This document shows positions 28,644 through 38,104 of a stretch of 64,000 bases of DNA, one piece after another. Each line of letters starts with the position of its first letter. Position 1 is the stretch's first letter. Both the position numbers and the translations under genes were made by a program. Source of the DNA: Alphaproteobacteria bacterium (GTDB taxonomy: Bacteria; Pseudomonadota; Alphaproteobacteria; Bin95); contig CBDCQY010000001.1 of the NCBI GenBank assembly GCA_965220855.1, positions 1,384,592 to 1,448,591 on the forward strand. Direction: 5' to 3'. The notes beneath the pieces are model-generated. The model searched no databases and was not told the origin of the DNA. It worked only from the letters and a program-made list of their open reading frames with translations.

Positions 28644-29597
28644 TCACCCGAACGCCCAGAGCGCGGCGAGCAGGAGGGCGTGCAGGGCGGCCGCGGCGAT
28701 GAACAGGCGGAGCGCGCGGCGGATGTCCTCCGGCCTCGCCCGGCTGCGGCCGCGGCCCATCCAGGCGTCCGGCGCCGTTCTGCCTGCGTAGCGGCGCGGT
28801 CCCGCCAGCGCGAGGCCGAGCGCGCCCGCCATGGCGGCCTCCGGCCAGCCGGCATTGGGCGAGCGATGGCGGTGGGCGTCCTCCATGACCGCGCGCCAGG
28901 CGCCGTGCGGGCTGGCGCGGCGAAAGCAGAAGGCCGCCGCCATCACCAGCAGCGCCGCCAGCCGGGCCGGCAGGAAACAGGCCACATCGTCGGCGCGGGC
29001 CGACCAGGCCCCGAAAGCCTCATGGCGCGGCGTGCGATGGCCGATCATGCTGTCCAGCGTGTTGATCGCCTTGAACATGCACAGCCCCGGCAGGCCGAGC
29101 AGCAGGAACCAGAAGACCGGCGCGACCACGCTGTCGGAGAAGTTCTCCGCCAGCGACTCGATGCCGGCGCGCGCCACGCCATGCGCGTCGAGCGACTCCG
29201 GATCGCGCCCGACGACATGCGAGACCGCCTCGCGCCCTTCCTCGAGCCCGCGCTCCAGCCCCGAGGCGACGGCCGCCACATGGTCGTGAAGGCCGCGCTG
29301 GGAGACCAGCAGAAAGACCAGCAGCAGCGCCGCCGGCCAGCCGAACAGCTCCAGCAGCCAGCCGAGCAGGGCCGCGCCCGCCACTACCAGGGCGAGCGCG
29401 AAGGCGCCCCGCATCCGGCGCTCGCCGGCGTCGAGTTCCGGGCGGTTCAGCCGGCCGTCCAGCCGGTCGATGGCGCGGCCGAGCAGCGCCACCGGATGCG
29501 GGATGCGGCGGAACAGGCGCGGCAGGTCGCCCAGCAGCGCGTCCAGCAGCAGTGCGGCGAGCAGGATCGGGACGGCGCTTGCGGTTCCGTCTATCAT
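28644..29597 (-). CDS. cobD: adenosylcobinamide-phosphate synthase CobD/CbiB
   Basis: LLAALLLDALLGDLP...PHPVALLGR is the typical CobD N-terminus. Membrane protein. The start at MIDGTAS is preferred. Confidence 0.85.
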   Translation of the reverse strand: MIDGTASAVPILLAALLLDALLGDLPRLFRRIPHPVALLGRAIDRLDGRLNRPELDAGERRMRGAFALALVVAGAALLGWLLELFGWPAALLLVFLLVSQRGLHDHVAAVASGLERGLEEGREAVSHVVGRDPESLDAHGVARAGIESLAENFSDSVVAPVFWFLLLGLPGLCMFKAINTLDSMIGHRTPRHEAFGAWSARADDVACFLPARLAALLVMAAAFCFRRASPHGAWRAVMEDAHRHRSPNAGWPEAAMAGALGLALAGPRRYAGRTAPDAWMGRGRSRARPEDIRRALRLFIAAAALHALLLAALWAFG

Positions 29598-29629
29598 GGG
29601 CGGCGATCCTAGCCGAATTGAGAGACGCA

Positions 29630-30589
29630 ATGCCCAAAACCGGAGTCATGGTGTGCGGCCATGGCAGCCGCGACGCCGGCGCGGTTCGCGAGTTCCTGGC
29701 CCTTGCCGACGGGCTGCGGCCCCGGCTGCCGCAGGAATACGACCTGGAAATCGGCTTCCTGGAATTCGCCCGCCCGGTGATCCGCGACGGGCTGGAGGCG
29801 CTGGTCCGGCGCGGCAACCGGCGCATTCTCGCCGTGCCGGGGATGCTGTTCGCGGCCGGCCATGTGAAGAACGACGTGCCCTCCGAGATCCAGGAATTCG
29901 CCCGTGACCATCCCGGGATCGACATCCAGCTCGGCCGCGACCTCGCCATCGACGCCAAGCTGCTGCGCGCGGCCGAGGCGCGCATCGCGAGCGTGCTGGA
30001 GCCGGGCCGGGACCTCTCCGACACGCTGCTGACGGTCGTCGGCCGCGGCACCAACGATCCCGACGCCAACTCGAATGTGAGCAAGGTGGCGCGGATGCTC
30101 TGGGAGGGGATGGGCTTCGGCTGGGCCGAGACCTGCTATTCCGGCGTCGCCCACCCGCGCGTCGATGCGGGGCTGGAGCGCGCCGTCCGGCTCGGCTTCC
30201 GGCGGATCGTGGTCTTCCCCTATTTCCTGTTCACCGGCGTGCTGGTGCGGCGCATTTACGATCAGGCCGACGAGGTGGCCCGGGCGCACCCGGAGGTCGC
30301 CTTCCTCAAGGCGCCCTATCTCAACGACCATCCGCTGGTGCTCGACAGCTTCGCCGAGCGGGTCGGGGAAATCCTGACCGGCGACAACCGGATGAATTGC
30401 GGGCTGTGCAAATATCGCGAACGCATCGTCGGGCGCGAGGAGGAGCAGGGAGCGCCGCAGGTCGGCCACCACCACCATGTGCGCGGCGGCGGACACGGGC
30501 ACTCCCACGACCACGATCATCATCATCACCACCACCATCACGACCACGATCATCATCGCGGGCATGGCCACGAACAGGAGCGGGGCTGA
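29630..30589 (+). CDS. cbiX: sirohydrochlorin cobaltochelatase CbiX (long form with His-rich C-terminal tail)
   Basis: MPKTGVMVCGHGSRD and a second HGS-like half. The tail reads HHHHVRGGGHGHSHDHDHHHHHHHHDHDHHRGHGHE. Confidence 0.85.
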   Translation: MPKTGVMVCGHGSRDAGAVREFLALADGLRPRLPQEYDLEIGFLEFARPVIRDGLEALVRRGNRRILAVPGMLFAAGHVKNDVPSEIQEFARDHPGIDIQLGRDLAIDAKLLRAAEARIASVLEPGRDLSDTLLTVVGRGTNDPDANSNVSKVARMLWEGMGFGWAETCYSGVAHPRVDAGLERAVRLGFRRIVVFPYFLFTGVLVRRIYDQADEVARAHPEVAFLKAPYLNDHPLVLDSFAERVGEILTGDNRMNCGLCKYRERIVGREEEQGAPQVGHHHHVRGGGHGHSHDHDHHHHHHHHDHDHHRGHGHEQERG

Positions 30590-30597
30590 GAGCGCCG

Positions 30598-31209
30598 ATG
30601 CCGGCCTATCTCCGCGATCCGGCGGCGATCTATCGCCTCTCCTTCCAGATCGCGCGCCGGGAAACCGACCTCTCGCGCCTGCCACCCTGCGCGCACGACC
30701 TCGCGCTGCGGCTGGTCCACGCCTGCGGCCGGCCGGAGGTCGCGCAGGAGCTGATGCTCAGCCCCGGCGTCGTCGAGCGGCTGCAGGCGGCGCTCGCCGC
30801 CGGCGCGCCGCTTATCGCCGACAGCCGCATGACGGCGGAAGGCATTACCGGGCGCCGGGCGCTCTGCCTGATCGCCGACCCGGAGGTCGCGGCCGCCGCC
30901 TCCGCCGGCGGGCGCACCCGCGCGATGGCGGCCATGGACGCGCTGGCGGACCGCTTCCAGGGTGCGGTCGTGGTCATCGGCAATGCGCCGACGGCGCTCT
31001 TCCGGCTGCTGGAACTGGTGGCCGGCGGCGCGCCGGCTCCGCTCGCCGTGCTGGGCTTTCCGGTCGGCTTCGTGGGCGCGGCCGAGTCCAAGGCGGCGCT
31101 CGCGGAGAGCGGCCTGCCGCATATCGCGCTGCGCGGCCGCGCGGGCGGCAGCGCGCTGGCGGCCGCCGCGGTCAACGCCCTCTTGCATCCGGGCGAGTGG
31201 GGCGCATGA
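30598..31209 (+). CDS. cobH: precorrin-8X methylmutase CobH/CbiC
   Basis: Length (204 aa) and conserved blocks typical of CbiC. Confidence 0.85.
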   Translation: MPAYLRDPAAIYRLSFQIARRETDLSRLPPCAHDLALRLVHACGRPEVAQELMLSPGVVERLQAALAAGAPLIADSRMTAEGITGRRALCLIADPEVAAAASAGGRTRAMAAMDALADRFQGAVVVIGNAPTALFRLLELVAGGAPAPLAVLGFPVGFVGAAESKAALAESGLPHIALRGRAGGSALAAAAVNALLHPGEWGA

Positions 31210-32396
31210 CCGCCTGGCTGACCGTGCTCGGCGTCGGCGAGGACGGGCTGGACGCGGCCGGCCGGGCGGCGGTCGAGAGCGCCGCCCTGCTGGTCGGCGG
31301 CGAGCGTCACCTGGCGCTCGCCGGCCCGGCGTCGGCGGCCGAGCGCCTGGTCTGGCAGCGCCCGCTCTCGCGCACCATCGACGCCATTCTCGCCCGCCGG
31401 CCGGCGCCGGTCGCGGTGCTGGCGACCGGCGACCCGATGTGGTTCGGCATCGGCGCGGCGCTCGCCCGGCGGGTTCCGGCGGATGAGATGCGCATCCTGC
31501 CGGTCGCCGGCGCCTTCTCGCTGGCGGCCGCGCGCCTGGCCTGGCCGCTGGAGGGCGTGGCGGCCTTCTCGCTGCACGGTCGGCCGCTGGGCCTGCTGGC
31601 GCTGCATGTCGCGCCCGGCGCGCGCCTGCTGGCGCTCTCGCACGACGGCGGCACGCCGGCGGGCGTGGCCGACTGGCTCACGCGCCACGGTTACGGGGCG
31701 AGCCGCATGACCGCGCTCTCCCATATGGGCGGCCCGCTGGAGGCGCGACGCGACGGACGCGCCGACGAGTGGTCGGGCGAGACGCCCGACCTCAACACGC
31801 TGGCGATCGAATGCGTGGCCGGCCCCGAGGCCCGCATCCTGTCGCGCGCGCCGGGCCTGCCGGACGAGCTGTTCGAGCATGACGGGATGCTGACGCGCGC
31901 GCATGTCCGCGCGGCGACGCTCTCGCTGCTGGCGCCGACGCCGGGCGCGCGCCTCTGGGACATCGGCGCGGGCTCGGGCGCGATCGCCATCGAGTGGATG
32001 CGCGCCGGCGGCCGGGCCAGCGCCGTCGAACCGGTGGCGGAGCGCCGGGCCGTCATCGCGCGCAACGCCGAGGCGCTGGGCGCACCGTGGCTGGAGTTGC
32101 ATGACGGCCGCGCGCCGGAGGCGCTGGAGGGCCTGCCGGCCCCGGATGCGGTGTTCGTCGGCGGGGGCCTCTCCGCCGAGGGCGTGCTGGAGGCGGCCTG
32201 GGCGGCGCTCGGGCCGTCGGGGCGGCTGGTCGCCAACGCGGTCACGCTGGAAGGCGAGGCGCGGCTGCTGCGCGCGCGCGCCGAACTGGGCGGCGAGCTC
32301 TGGCGCATCGCGACCGCCGCGGCCGGTCCGGTCGGGCGCTTCCAGGCCTTCCGCCCCGCCATGACCGTCACGCAATGGGCGGTGCGGAAGCCGTGA
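31206..32396 (+). CDS. cobL: precorrin-6Y C5,15-methyltransferase (decarboxylating) CobL (CbiE/CbiT fusion)
   Basis: ATGA overlap with the cobH stop. Two methyltransferase halves; ATGDPMWFGIG is the tetrapyrrole-MT motif. Confidence 0.9.
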   Translation: MTAWLTVLGVGEDGLDAAGRAAVESAALLVGGERHLALAGPASAAERLVWQRPLSRTIDAILARRPAPVAVLATGDPMWFGIGAALARRVPADEMRILPVAGAFSLAAARLAWPLEGVAAFSLHGRPLGLLALHVAPGARLLALSHDGGTPAGVADWLTRHGYGASRMTALSHMGGPLEARRDGRADEWSGETPDLNTLAIECVAGPEARILSRAPGLPDELFEHDGMLTRAHVRAATLSLLAPTPGARLWDIGAGSGAIAIEWMRAGGRASAVEPVAERRAVIARNAEALGAPWLELHDGRAPEALEGLPAPDAVFVGGGLSAEGVLEAAWAALGPSGRLVANAVTLEGEARLLRARAELGGELWRIATAAAGPVGRFQAFRPAMTVTQWAVRKP

Positions 32397-33112
32397 CCGG
32401 CCGGTCGCCGCGCGCCTGGGTGGCGGGCGTCGGGGTCGGTCCGGGCGACCCGGAACTGCTGACGCTCAAGGCGCTGCGCATCGTGCGCAAGGCGGATGTG
32501 CTGGCCTATCCGGCCCCGCTCGAAGGCGAGAGCTTCGCGCGCCGGGTGGTCGCGCCGCATCTCGACGGCCCCGCCATCGAACTGCCGATCCGCATGCCGA
32601 TGTCTCCGTCGCGCTTCCCGGCCCAGCCGGTCTATGACCGGGCGGCGGACGCTATCGGGGCGCATCTCGAAGCCGGCCGGGGCGTGGCGGTGCTCTGCCA
32701 GGGCGATCCGTTCTTCTACGGCTCCTTCCTCTATCTGTTCGCGCGGCTCGCGGAAGACTGGCCGGTCGAGGTGGTGCCCGGCGTCTCGGCGCTGACCGCC
32801 TGCGCGGCCGTCGCCGGCCGACCGCTCGCCACGCGCAACGATGCGCTCGCGGTGCTGCCCGCGCCGCTCGACGATGCGGCGCTGGAGGCCAGGCTCGCCG
32901 CCTGCGACGCGGCCGCGCTGGTCAAGGTCGGGCGGCATTTCGGGCGCATCCGCGCCCTGCTCGCCCGGCTGCAACTCGCGGACCGCGCCTGCCTGGTCGT
33001 CCATGCCGGGCTGCCGGACGAGCGCGTGCTCGCCCTCGACGCCGTGGGCCCCGAGGATGCGCCCTATTTCTCCACCATCCTGCTGCACAAGCGGGGCAGG
33101 GCGTGGCGATGA
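32393..33112 (+). CDS. cobI: precorrin-2 C20-methyltransferase CobI/CbiL
   Basis: GTGA start/stop overlap. VGVGPGDPELLTLKA is the tetrapyrrole-MT motif. Confidence 0.85.
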   Translation: MTGRSPRAWVAGVGVGPGDPELLTLKALRIVRKADVLAYPAPLEGESFARRVVAPHLDGPAIELPIRMPMSPSRFPAQPVYDRAADAIGAHLEAGRGVAVLCQGDPFFYGSFLYLFARLAEDWPVEVVPGVSALTACAAVAGRPLATRNDALAVLPAPLDDAALEARLAACDAAALVKVGRHFGRIRALLARLQLADRACLVVHAGLPDERVLALDAVGPEDAPYFSTILLHKRGRAWR

Positions 33113-34749
33113 CGGTCGCGGTGGTGCTGAACGCGCGCGGCGCGGCGCTGGCCCGGCGGCTGGAGCTGGAGAGCGTCGGGCTGGAGGCGCTGGAGGAGCG
33201 CTTCGCCGCCGGAGAGCCGATCGTCGCCATCATGGCCGCCGGCATCGTCATCCGCCGCCTGGCCCCGCTGCTGGCGGGAAAGCGGACCGACGCGCCGGTC
33301 GTCGCCCTGGCGGAGGACGGCAGCGCGGTCGCGCCCCTGCTCGGCGGGCATCGGGGCGCGAACCGGCTGGCGCGCGAACTCGCCCGGCGGCTCGGCGTGG
33401 CGGCGGCGGTGACCACGGCGAGCGACGCGCTGTTCGGCGTGGCGCTGGACGACCCGCCGCCCGGCTGGACGCTCGCCAATCCCGAGATGGCGAAGCCGGT
33501 CATGGCGGCGCTGATCCGTGGGGAGCCGGTGCGGCTCCGGGTCGAGGCCGGCGACGCGCGCTGGCTCGCCCGGCTGCCCTGGTCGGAGGAGGGGCGCCGG
33601 TCGGTCCGCGTCTCGGACCGCTCCGCGCCGCCGGGCGAGGACGAACTGCTGCTGCATCCGCCGAGCCTCGCGCTGGGCGTCGGGCTGGAGCGGGACGCGC
33701 CTGCGCCCTCGCTGCTGGATCATGTGGCAAGGACGCTGGCCGCGGCCGGGCTGGCGCGGGCCTCGGTCGCGCTCGCTGCGACGCTCGACCTGAAGGCCGA
33801 CGAGCCGGCCGTCGCGGCGCTCGACCTGCCGCTTCGCACCTTCGACGCCGCCACGCTCCGGCGCGTGCCCGCGCCCAATCCCTCGCAGATCGTGGCGGCG
33901 GCGGTCGGCACGCCGAGCGTGGCCGAGGCGGCCGCCCTTGCGGCGGCGGGCGACGGGGCGGAACTGGTCGCGCCCAAGCGTATCGGCCGGCGCGTCACCG
34001 CTGCCGTCGCCCGCATCGCGCCGCCGCCCGGCCGGCTGACCGTGGCCGGAATAGGCCCCGGCGACCCGGCCATGCGCACGGCGGAGGTCGAGGCCGCGAT
34101 CTCGGCCGCGAGCGATGTCGTCGGCTATGCGCCCTATCTCGACCTGGTGGCGGACCTCACCGGAACCGCGCGCCGCCACCCGATGCCGATCGGCAGCGAG
34201 GCGGCGCGCGTCGATCTGGCGCTCAGGCTCGCGGGAGAAGGCCGCGAGGTCGCGCTGCTGGCCTCGGGCGACGCCGGCGTCTATGCGCTGGCGGGGCTGG
34301 CGCTGGAGCGCGGCCCGGCGGCGCTGCCCATCGCCGTGCTGCCCGGCGTCTCGGCCATGCAGGCGGCGGCGGCGCGGGCCGGCGCGCCGCTCGGCCACGA
34401 TTTCGCGGCGATCTCGCTCTCCGACCTGCTGACGCCGCCGGAGACCATTCGCGCGCGCGTCGAGGCGGCGGCGGCGGCGGACTTCGTCATCGCCTTCTAC
34501 AATCCGGCCTCGAAGACGCGGCGCCGGCCGCTGGCCGAGGCGCTGGAGACGCTCGCCCGCCACCGCGCGCCGACGACGCCCGTGGTCCGGGCGCGCAATC
34601 TCGGCCGGCCGGGAGAGGAGGTCGCGATCGGGACGCTGGCGGAACTCGACCCGGAGCGCGTCGATATGAACACCGTGCTGATCGTCGGCAACAGCCGCAG
34701 TTTCCTGCGCCACGGCCGCGTGGTCACGCCGCGCGGCTATCCGGCATGA
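33109..34749 (+). CDS. cobJ: bifunctional CbiG-like / precorrin-3B C17-methyltransferase (CbiG::CobJ/CbiH fusion)
   Basis: The N-terminal ~300 aa are CbiG-like. The C-terminal methyltransferase carries AGIGPGDPAMRT. ATGA overlap with the cobI stop. Confidence 0.8.
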   Translation: MTVAVVLNARGAALARRLELESVGLEALEERFAAGEPIVAIMAAGIVIRRLAPLLAGKRTDAPVVALAEDGSAVAPLLGGHRGANRLARELARRLGVAAAVTTASDALFGVALDDPPPGWTLANPEMAKPVMAALIRGEPVRLRVEAGDARWLARLPWSEEGRRSVRVSDRSAPPGEDELLLHPPSLALGVGLERDAPAPSLLDHVARTLAAAGLARASVALAATLDLKADEPAVAALDLPLRTFDAATLRRVPAPNPSQIVAAAVGTPSVAEAAALAAAGDGAELVAPKRIGRRVTAAVARIAPPPGRLTVAGIGPGDPAMRTAEVEAAISAASDVVGYAPYLDLVADLTGTARRHPMPIGSEAARVDLALRLAGEGREVALLASGDAGVYALAGLALERGPAALPIAVLPGVSAMQAAAARAGAPLGHDFAAISLSDLLTPPETIRARVEAAAAADFVIAFYNPASKTRRRPLAEALETLARHRAPTTPVVRARNLGRPGEEVAIGTLAELDPERVDMNTVLIVGNSRSFLRHGRVVTPRGYPA

Positions 34750-35507
34750 CGGTGCATTTCATCGGCGCGGGGCCGGGCGCGCCGGACCTCATCACGCTGC
34801 GCGGGCTGCGCCTGATCCGCCGCTCGCCGGTGGTGCTCTACGCCGGCTCGCTGGTGCCGGCGGAGGTCGTGGCCGAGGCGCCGGCGGGCGCGCTGGTCCG
34901 CGACAGCGCCGCCATGACGCTCGACGAGATCGAGGCGCTGTTCGTCGAGGCCGAGGCGGCCGGGCGGGATGTCGCGCGGGTGCATTCCGGCGACCCCTCT
35001 CTCTACGGGGCCATCGCCGAGCAGATCGCGCGGCTGGAGCGGCTCGGCATCGCCTATACGATCACGCCGGGCGTGCCGGCCTTCGCCGCCGCCGCCGCCG
35101 CGCTCGGCCTGGAACTGACGCTGCCCGGCGTCGCCCAGACCGTGACGCTGACCCGCACGGCCGTGCGCGCCACGCCCATGCCCGAAGGCGAACACCTGGC
35201 CGCCCAGGCGGAGAGCGGCGGCACGCTCGCCATCCACCTCTCGACCGCCAATCTCGCCCGCGTGGTGCGCGACCTGCTGCCGGCGCTCGGGCCGGACTGT
35301 CCGGCGGCGGTGGTCTGGCGCGCCAGCCAGCCGGAGCAGCGCATCGTGACCGGCACGCTCGCCACCATCCGCGAGCGGGTGAAGGCGGCGGGCTTCACTC
35401 GGACGGCGCTGATCCTGGTCGGTCGGGCGCTGGGCGCGCGCGAATTTCAGGAGAGCCGGCTTTACGATCCGGCGCACCATCACGCATCGCGACCGCGGCG
35501 GCGATGA
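34746..35507 (+). CDS. cobM: precorrin-4 C11-methyltransferase CobM/CbiF
   Basis: VHFIGAGPGAPDLITLRG. ATGA overlap with the upstream stop. The long ORF starting at 32841 is an artefactual in-frame run. Confidence 0.9.
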   Translation: MTVHFIGAGPGAPDLITLRGLRLIRRSPVVLYAGSLVPAEVVAEAPAGALVRDSAAMTLDEIEALFVEAEAAGRDVARVHSGDPSLYGAIAEQIARLERLGIAYTITPGVPAFAAAAAALGLELTLPGVAQTVTLTRTAVRATPMPEGEHLAAQAESGGTLAIHLSTANLARVVRDLLPALGPDCPAAVVWRASQPEQRIVTGTLATIRERVKAAGFTRTALILVGRALGAREFQESRLYDPAHHHASRPRRR

Positions 35508-35899
35508 TGCGCCGCGTCTCCGACCAGAGCCGGTAGCCGTCGAGGCCGGCGAGCGGCGTCCAGCGCGCTTCGGCCGCGTCGTCGCCCGCCACGGCCTCGC
35601 CCGAGAGCCATTCGGCGGCGAAATCGACCAGCGTGTAGTGGCTGACGACGGCCCCGGCCGCATCGCGGCGGACGCCATCGACCACATCGACCAGGCCGAG
35701 CAGGGCGATCTCGACGCCGGTCTCTTCCCGGACCTCGCGGCGCGCGGCCTCGCGGACCGTCTCGCCCAGCTCCTGCTTGCCGCCCGGAATGCTCCACTCG
35801 CCCTGTCTCGGCGGCCTGCCGCGCCGGACCAGCAGCACCTCGGCCCCGCGCAGCACGACGACGCCGACCCCGACCACGGGCCGCCCGGAGCCGGCCATC
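35395..35899 (-). CDS. NUDIX hydrolase
   Basis: Nudix box GGKQELGETVREAARREVREETGV. Its 3' end overlaps the cobM 3' end convergently by ~110 bp. Confidence 0.7.
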
Positions 35900-35917
35900 G
35901 AACCCTCCCCTCGCGGA

Positions 35918-36640
35918 TCAGGCCATATACTGGCCGCCATTGACCGAGACTGTCGAGCCGGTCACGAAGCAGGCGTCGTCCGCCACCAGGAAGCGCACCA
36001 CATGGCAGATCTCCCTCGGGTCGCCGAAGCGCCCGACGGGAATCTTGCTCTTGATCGCGTCCTGCACGCGCTCCGGCACCGCGCGCACCATGTCGGTATC
36101 GACATAGCCGGGGCAGATCGCGTTGACGGTGACGCCCTTGGGCGCGCTCTCCAGCGCCAGCGCCTTGGTGAAGCCCAGAATGCCGGCCTTGGCGGCGGCG
36201 TAGTTGGTCTGCCCGATCTGGCCCGCCTGGCCGTTGACCGAGGAGATGTTGACGATGCGCCCGAAGCCCCGGTCGCGCATCTTGCCGATCACCACCCGGC
36301 ACATGTTGAAGCAGGAGGTGAGATTGGTCTCGATCACCTCATGCCAGGCGTCCTCCGGCATCCGGTGCAGGAAGACATCGTGCGTGATGCCGGCATTGTT
36401 GACCAGGATATCGACCGGGCCGTAGCTCTCCTCGATCTCGTGCACCGCCCGGTCGCAGGCGGCGTAGTCGGCGACGTCGAAGGACTGGATGTCGATGCCG
36501 GTCTCCTCGTGGAAGCGCTGGGCGCGCTCGAAATTGCGGTGGAAGCTGGCGATCACGGTGTAGCCGTCGGCCTGCATCCCGCGCGAGATTTCGGCGCCGA
36601 TGCCCCGCGTGCCTCCGGTGATAAGTGCGACTCTCGGCAT
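35918..36640 (-). CDS. phaB: acetoacetyl-CoA reductase (PHB pathway SDR)
   Basis: ITGGTRGIG...NNAG...NYAAAKAG. AAGGAGGG lies 8 nt upstream of the ATG. Confidence 0.85.
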   Translation of the reverse strand: MPRVALITGGTRGIGAEISRGMQADGYTVIASFHRNFERAQRFHEETGIDIQSFDVADYAACDRAVHEIEESYGPVDILVNNAGITHDVFLHRMPEDAWHEVIETNLTSCFNMCRVVIGKMRDRGFGRIVNISSVNGQAGQIGQTNYAAAKAGILGFTKALALESAPKGVTVNAICPGYVDTDMVRAVPERVQDAIKSKIPVGRFGDPREICHVVRFLVADDACFVTGSTVSVNGGQYMA

Positions 36641-36728
36641 GGCGCCGACCCTCCTTCATGTTGCAACGCACAACAGATAGCGATTGAATGCTGCATCGCA
36701 ATATATTTCCGGGCGAGGCGGCATCGTG

Positions 36729-37826
36729 TCACGCCAGACCGTCCATCCAGTCGAGCAGCGGCCGCCAGACGCGCCGGGGCGCGCTTTCGGAGGCCATCAG
36801 GCCGATATGCCCGAGGCGCGGGCGCTTCACGCTCGCATCCGGCAGGGCGCGGGCGAGGGCCAGCGCCGAGGCGGGCGGCACGATCCGGTCGCCGGAAGGC
36901 GCGACCACCCGGGCGGGCAGCCGCACCGCCTCCGGGCGGACCGGCTCGCCCGCGACCCGCCAGCATCCGCGCGCCGGCTGGTTGCGGCCGTACCAGCCGG
37001 CGAAGCATTCCCGCGCGACCGGGGCGGCGAGCGGCGCGCCGTCATTCACCCAATCTTCGAGCTCGACGAAGGCGCGCTCGGCCTCCGAGCCTGCCTCGAT
37101 GCGGTCGAAAGCCAGGAACTTGCGCAGCGTCAGCATCGGGTCGAGCGCATAGAAGCAGGTTTGCAGCGCATCGACCGGCAGCTCCCCGCCCGCGCCCGCC
37201 AGCCGCGCCAGCGCCTCGCCGGCAAAGGCGAGCCGCCGCGCTTCCGGGCCGCCGCCGGCGTGGAAGTCCCAGGGCGTGGCGAGCAGCGCCAGGCCGGAAA
37301 GCGCCACCCGCCCGCGCGCCGCCAGCGCCAGCGCCAGCAGCCCGCCCATGCAATAGCCGACGACGATCGGCGGGCGCGCCGCCAGCCGGGCCGCCTCGCG
37401 GGCCAGCGGCTCCAGGGTGGCGCATACATAGCCGCCGCAGTCGAATGCGCGCTCGCGCTCGCCGGGCGCGCCCCAATCGACCAGCAGCACGCGCCAGCCG
37501 CGACCGGCGAGCCAGCCGGCGAAACTCCGCCGCCCGGCCAGGTCGCAGACATGGTAGCGGTTCACCAGCGAAGGCACGATCAGCGCCACGCGACCGCCCT
37601 CGCCCCAGGAAAGCAGCCGCGCGGCGCCCGCGCGCGCCACCGTGCGCTCGCCGTCGGCGGGGCGCCGGAAGGGGTGGGCGCGATAGCGGGCGACGGCGGC
37701 CTCGAAGCGTTGCAGACGGCGGATGGCGGCCGCGCCGACGGCCGCCGGGTCGGGCTCCAGGCCTTCCAGTTCGCCCCTGAGGTCGGGATGCCAGGCCGGC
37801 GCGCTAGCCGGGCCCGCCATCGCCAT
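36729..37826 (-). CDS. phaC: PHA synthase-like alpha/beta hydrolase (class III/IV PhaC-like, Cys lipase box)
   Basis: LIVPSLVNRYHVCDLAGRRSFAGWLAGRGWRVLLVDWGAPG...VVGYCMGG parallels class III PhaC, with the lipase box G-Y-C-M-G-G and downstream D.IVP and GHIG. The exact start is uncertain (M at 37826 or 37820). Confidence 0.5.
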   Translation of the reverse strand: MAMAGPASAPAWHPDLRGELEGLEPDPAAVGAAAIRRLQRFEAAVARYRAHPFRRPADGERTVARAGAARLLSWGEGGRVALIVPSLVNRYHVCDLAGRRSFAGWLAGRGWRVLLVDWGAPGERERAFDCGGYVCATLEPLAREAARLAARPPIVVGYCMGGLLALALAARGRVALSGLALLATPWDFHAGGGPEARRLAFAGEALARLAGAGGELPVDALQTCFYALDPMLTLRKFLAFDRIEAGSEAERAFVELEDWVNDGAPLAAPVARECFAGWYGRNQPARGCWRVAGEPVRPEAVRLPARVVAPSGDRIVPPASALALARALPDASVKRPRLGHIGLMASESAPRRVWRPLLDWMDGLA

Positions 37827-38104
37827 CGCCGCCCCGCCGCCCCACACCGCGGCTGCGGTCGCCAGGTGGAGCGCGAGCGGCCTCGGGCCGGTTCTCGGAG
37901 CCGTTGCGGTCATCGGGGTCGGCCTCGAACAGCAGGCGGGCGCTGTCGCGCCACCATGACAGCACATTCCGTTCCCACAGGTCGAGGAATCGGTCCGCCG
38001 GGTCTTGACTCATTGCAGAATCATTATACTCTGGTTGCACAAACACCCGCGCCCTAAAATCGCGTCCCGATAGAGCAGCACATACTGACAGGATCCACTC
38101 GATC

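Noticed and set aside
29598-29629. Cobalamin riboswitch upstream of cbiX
   Set aside because: Only ~30 nt separate the divergent cobD and cbiX starts. This is too short for a B12 element and no conserved B12-box was seen.
30440-30580. His/Asp-rich low-complexity coding repeat
   Set aside because: It is the known His-rich metal-binding tail of long-form CbiX and not a separate feature.
32841-34745. 888-aa ORF fused to cobM
   Set aside because: An open frame across the cbiG::cobJ region in a non-coding frame. cobM starts at 34746 with an ATGA overlap.
35777-37780. 667-aa plus-strand ORF
   Set aside because: Antisense to phaB and the phaC-like gene.
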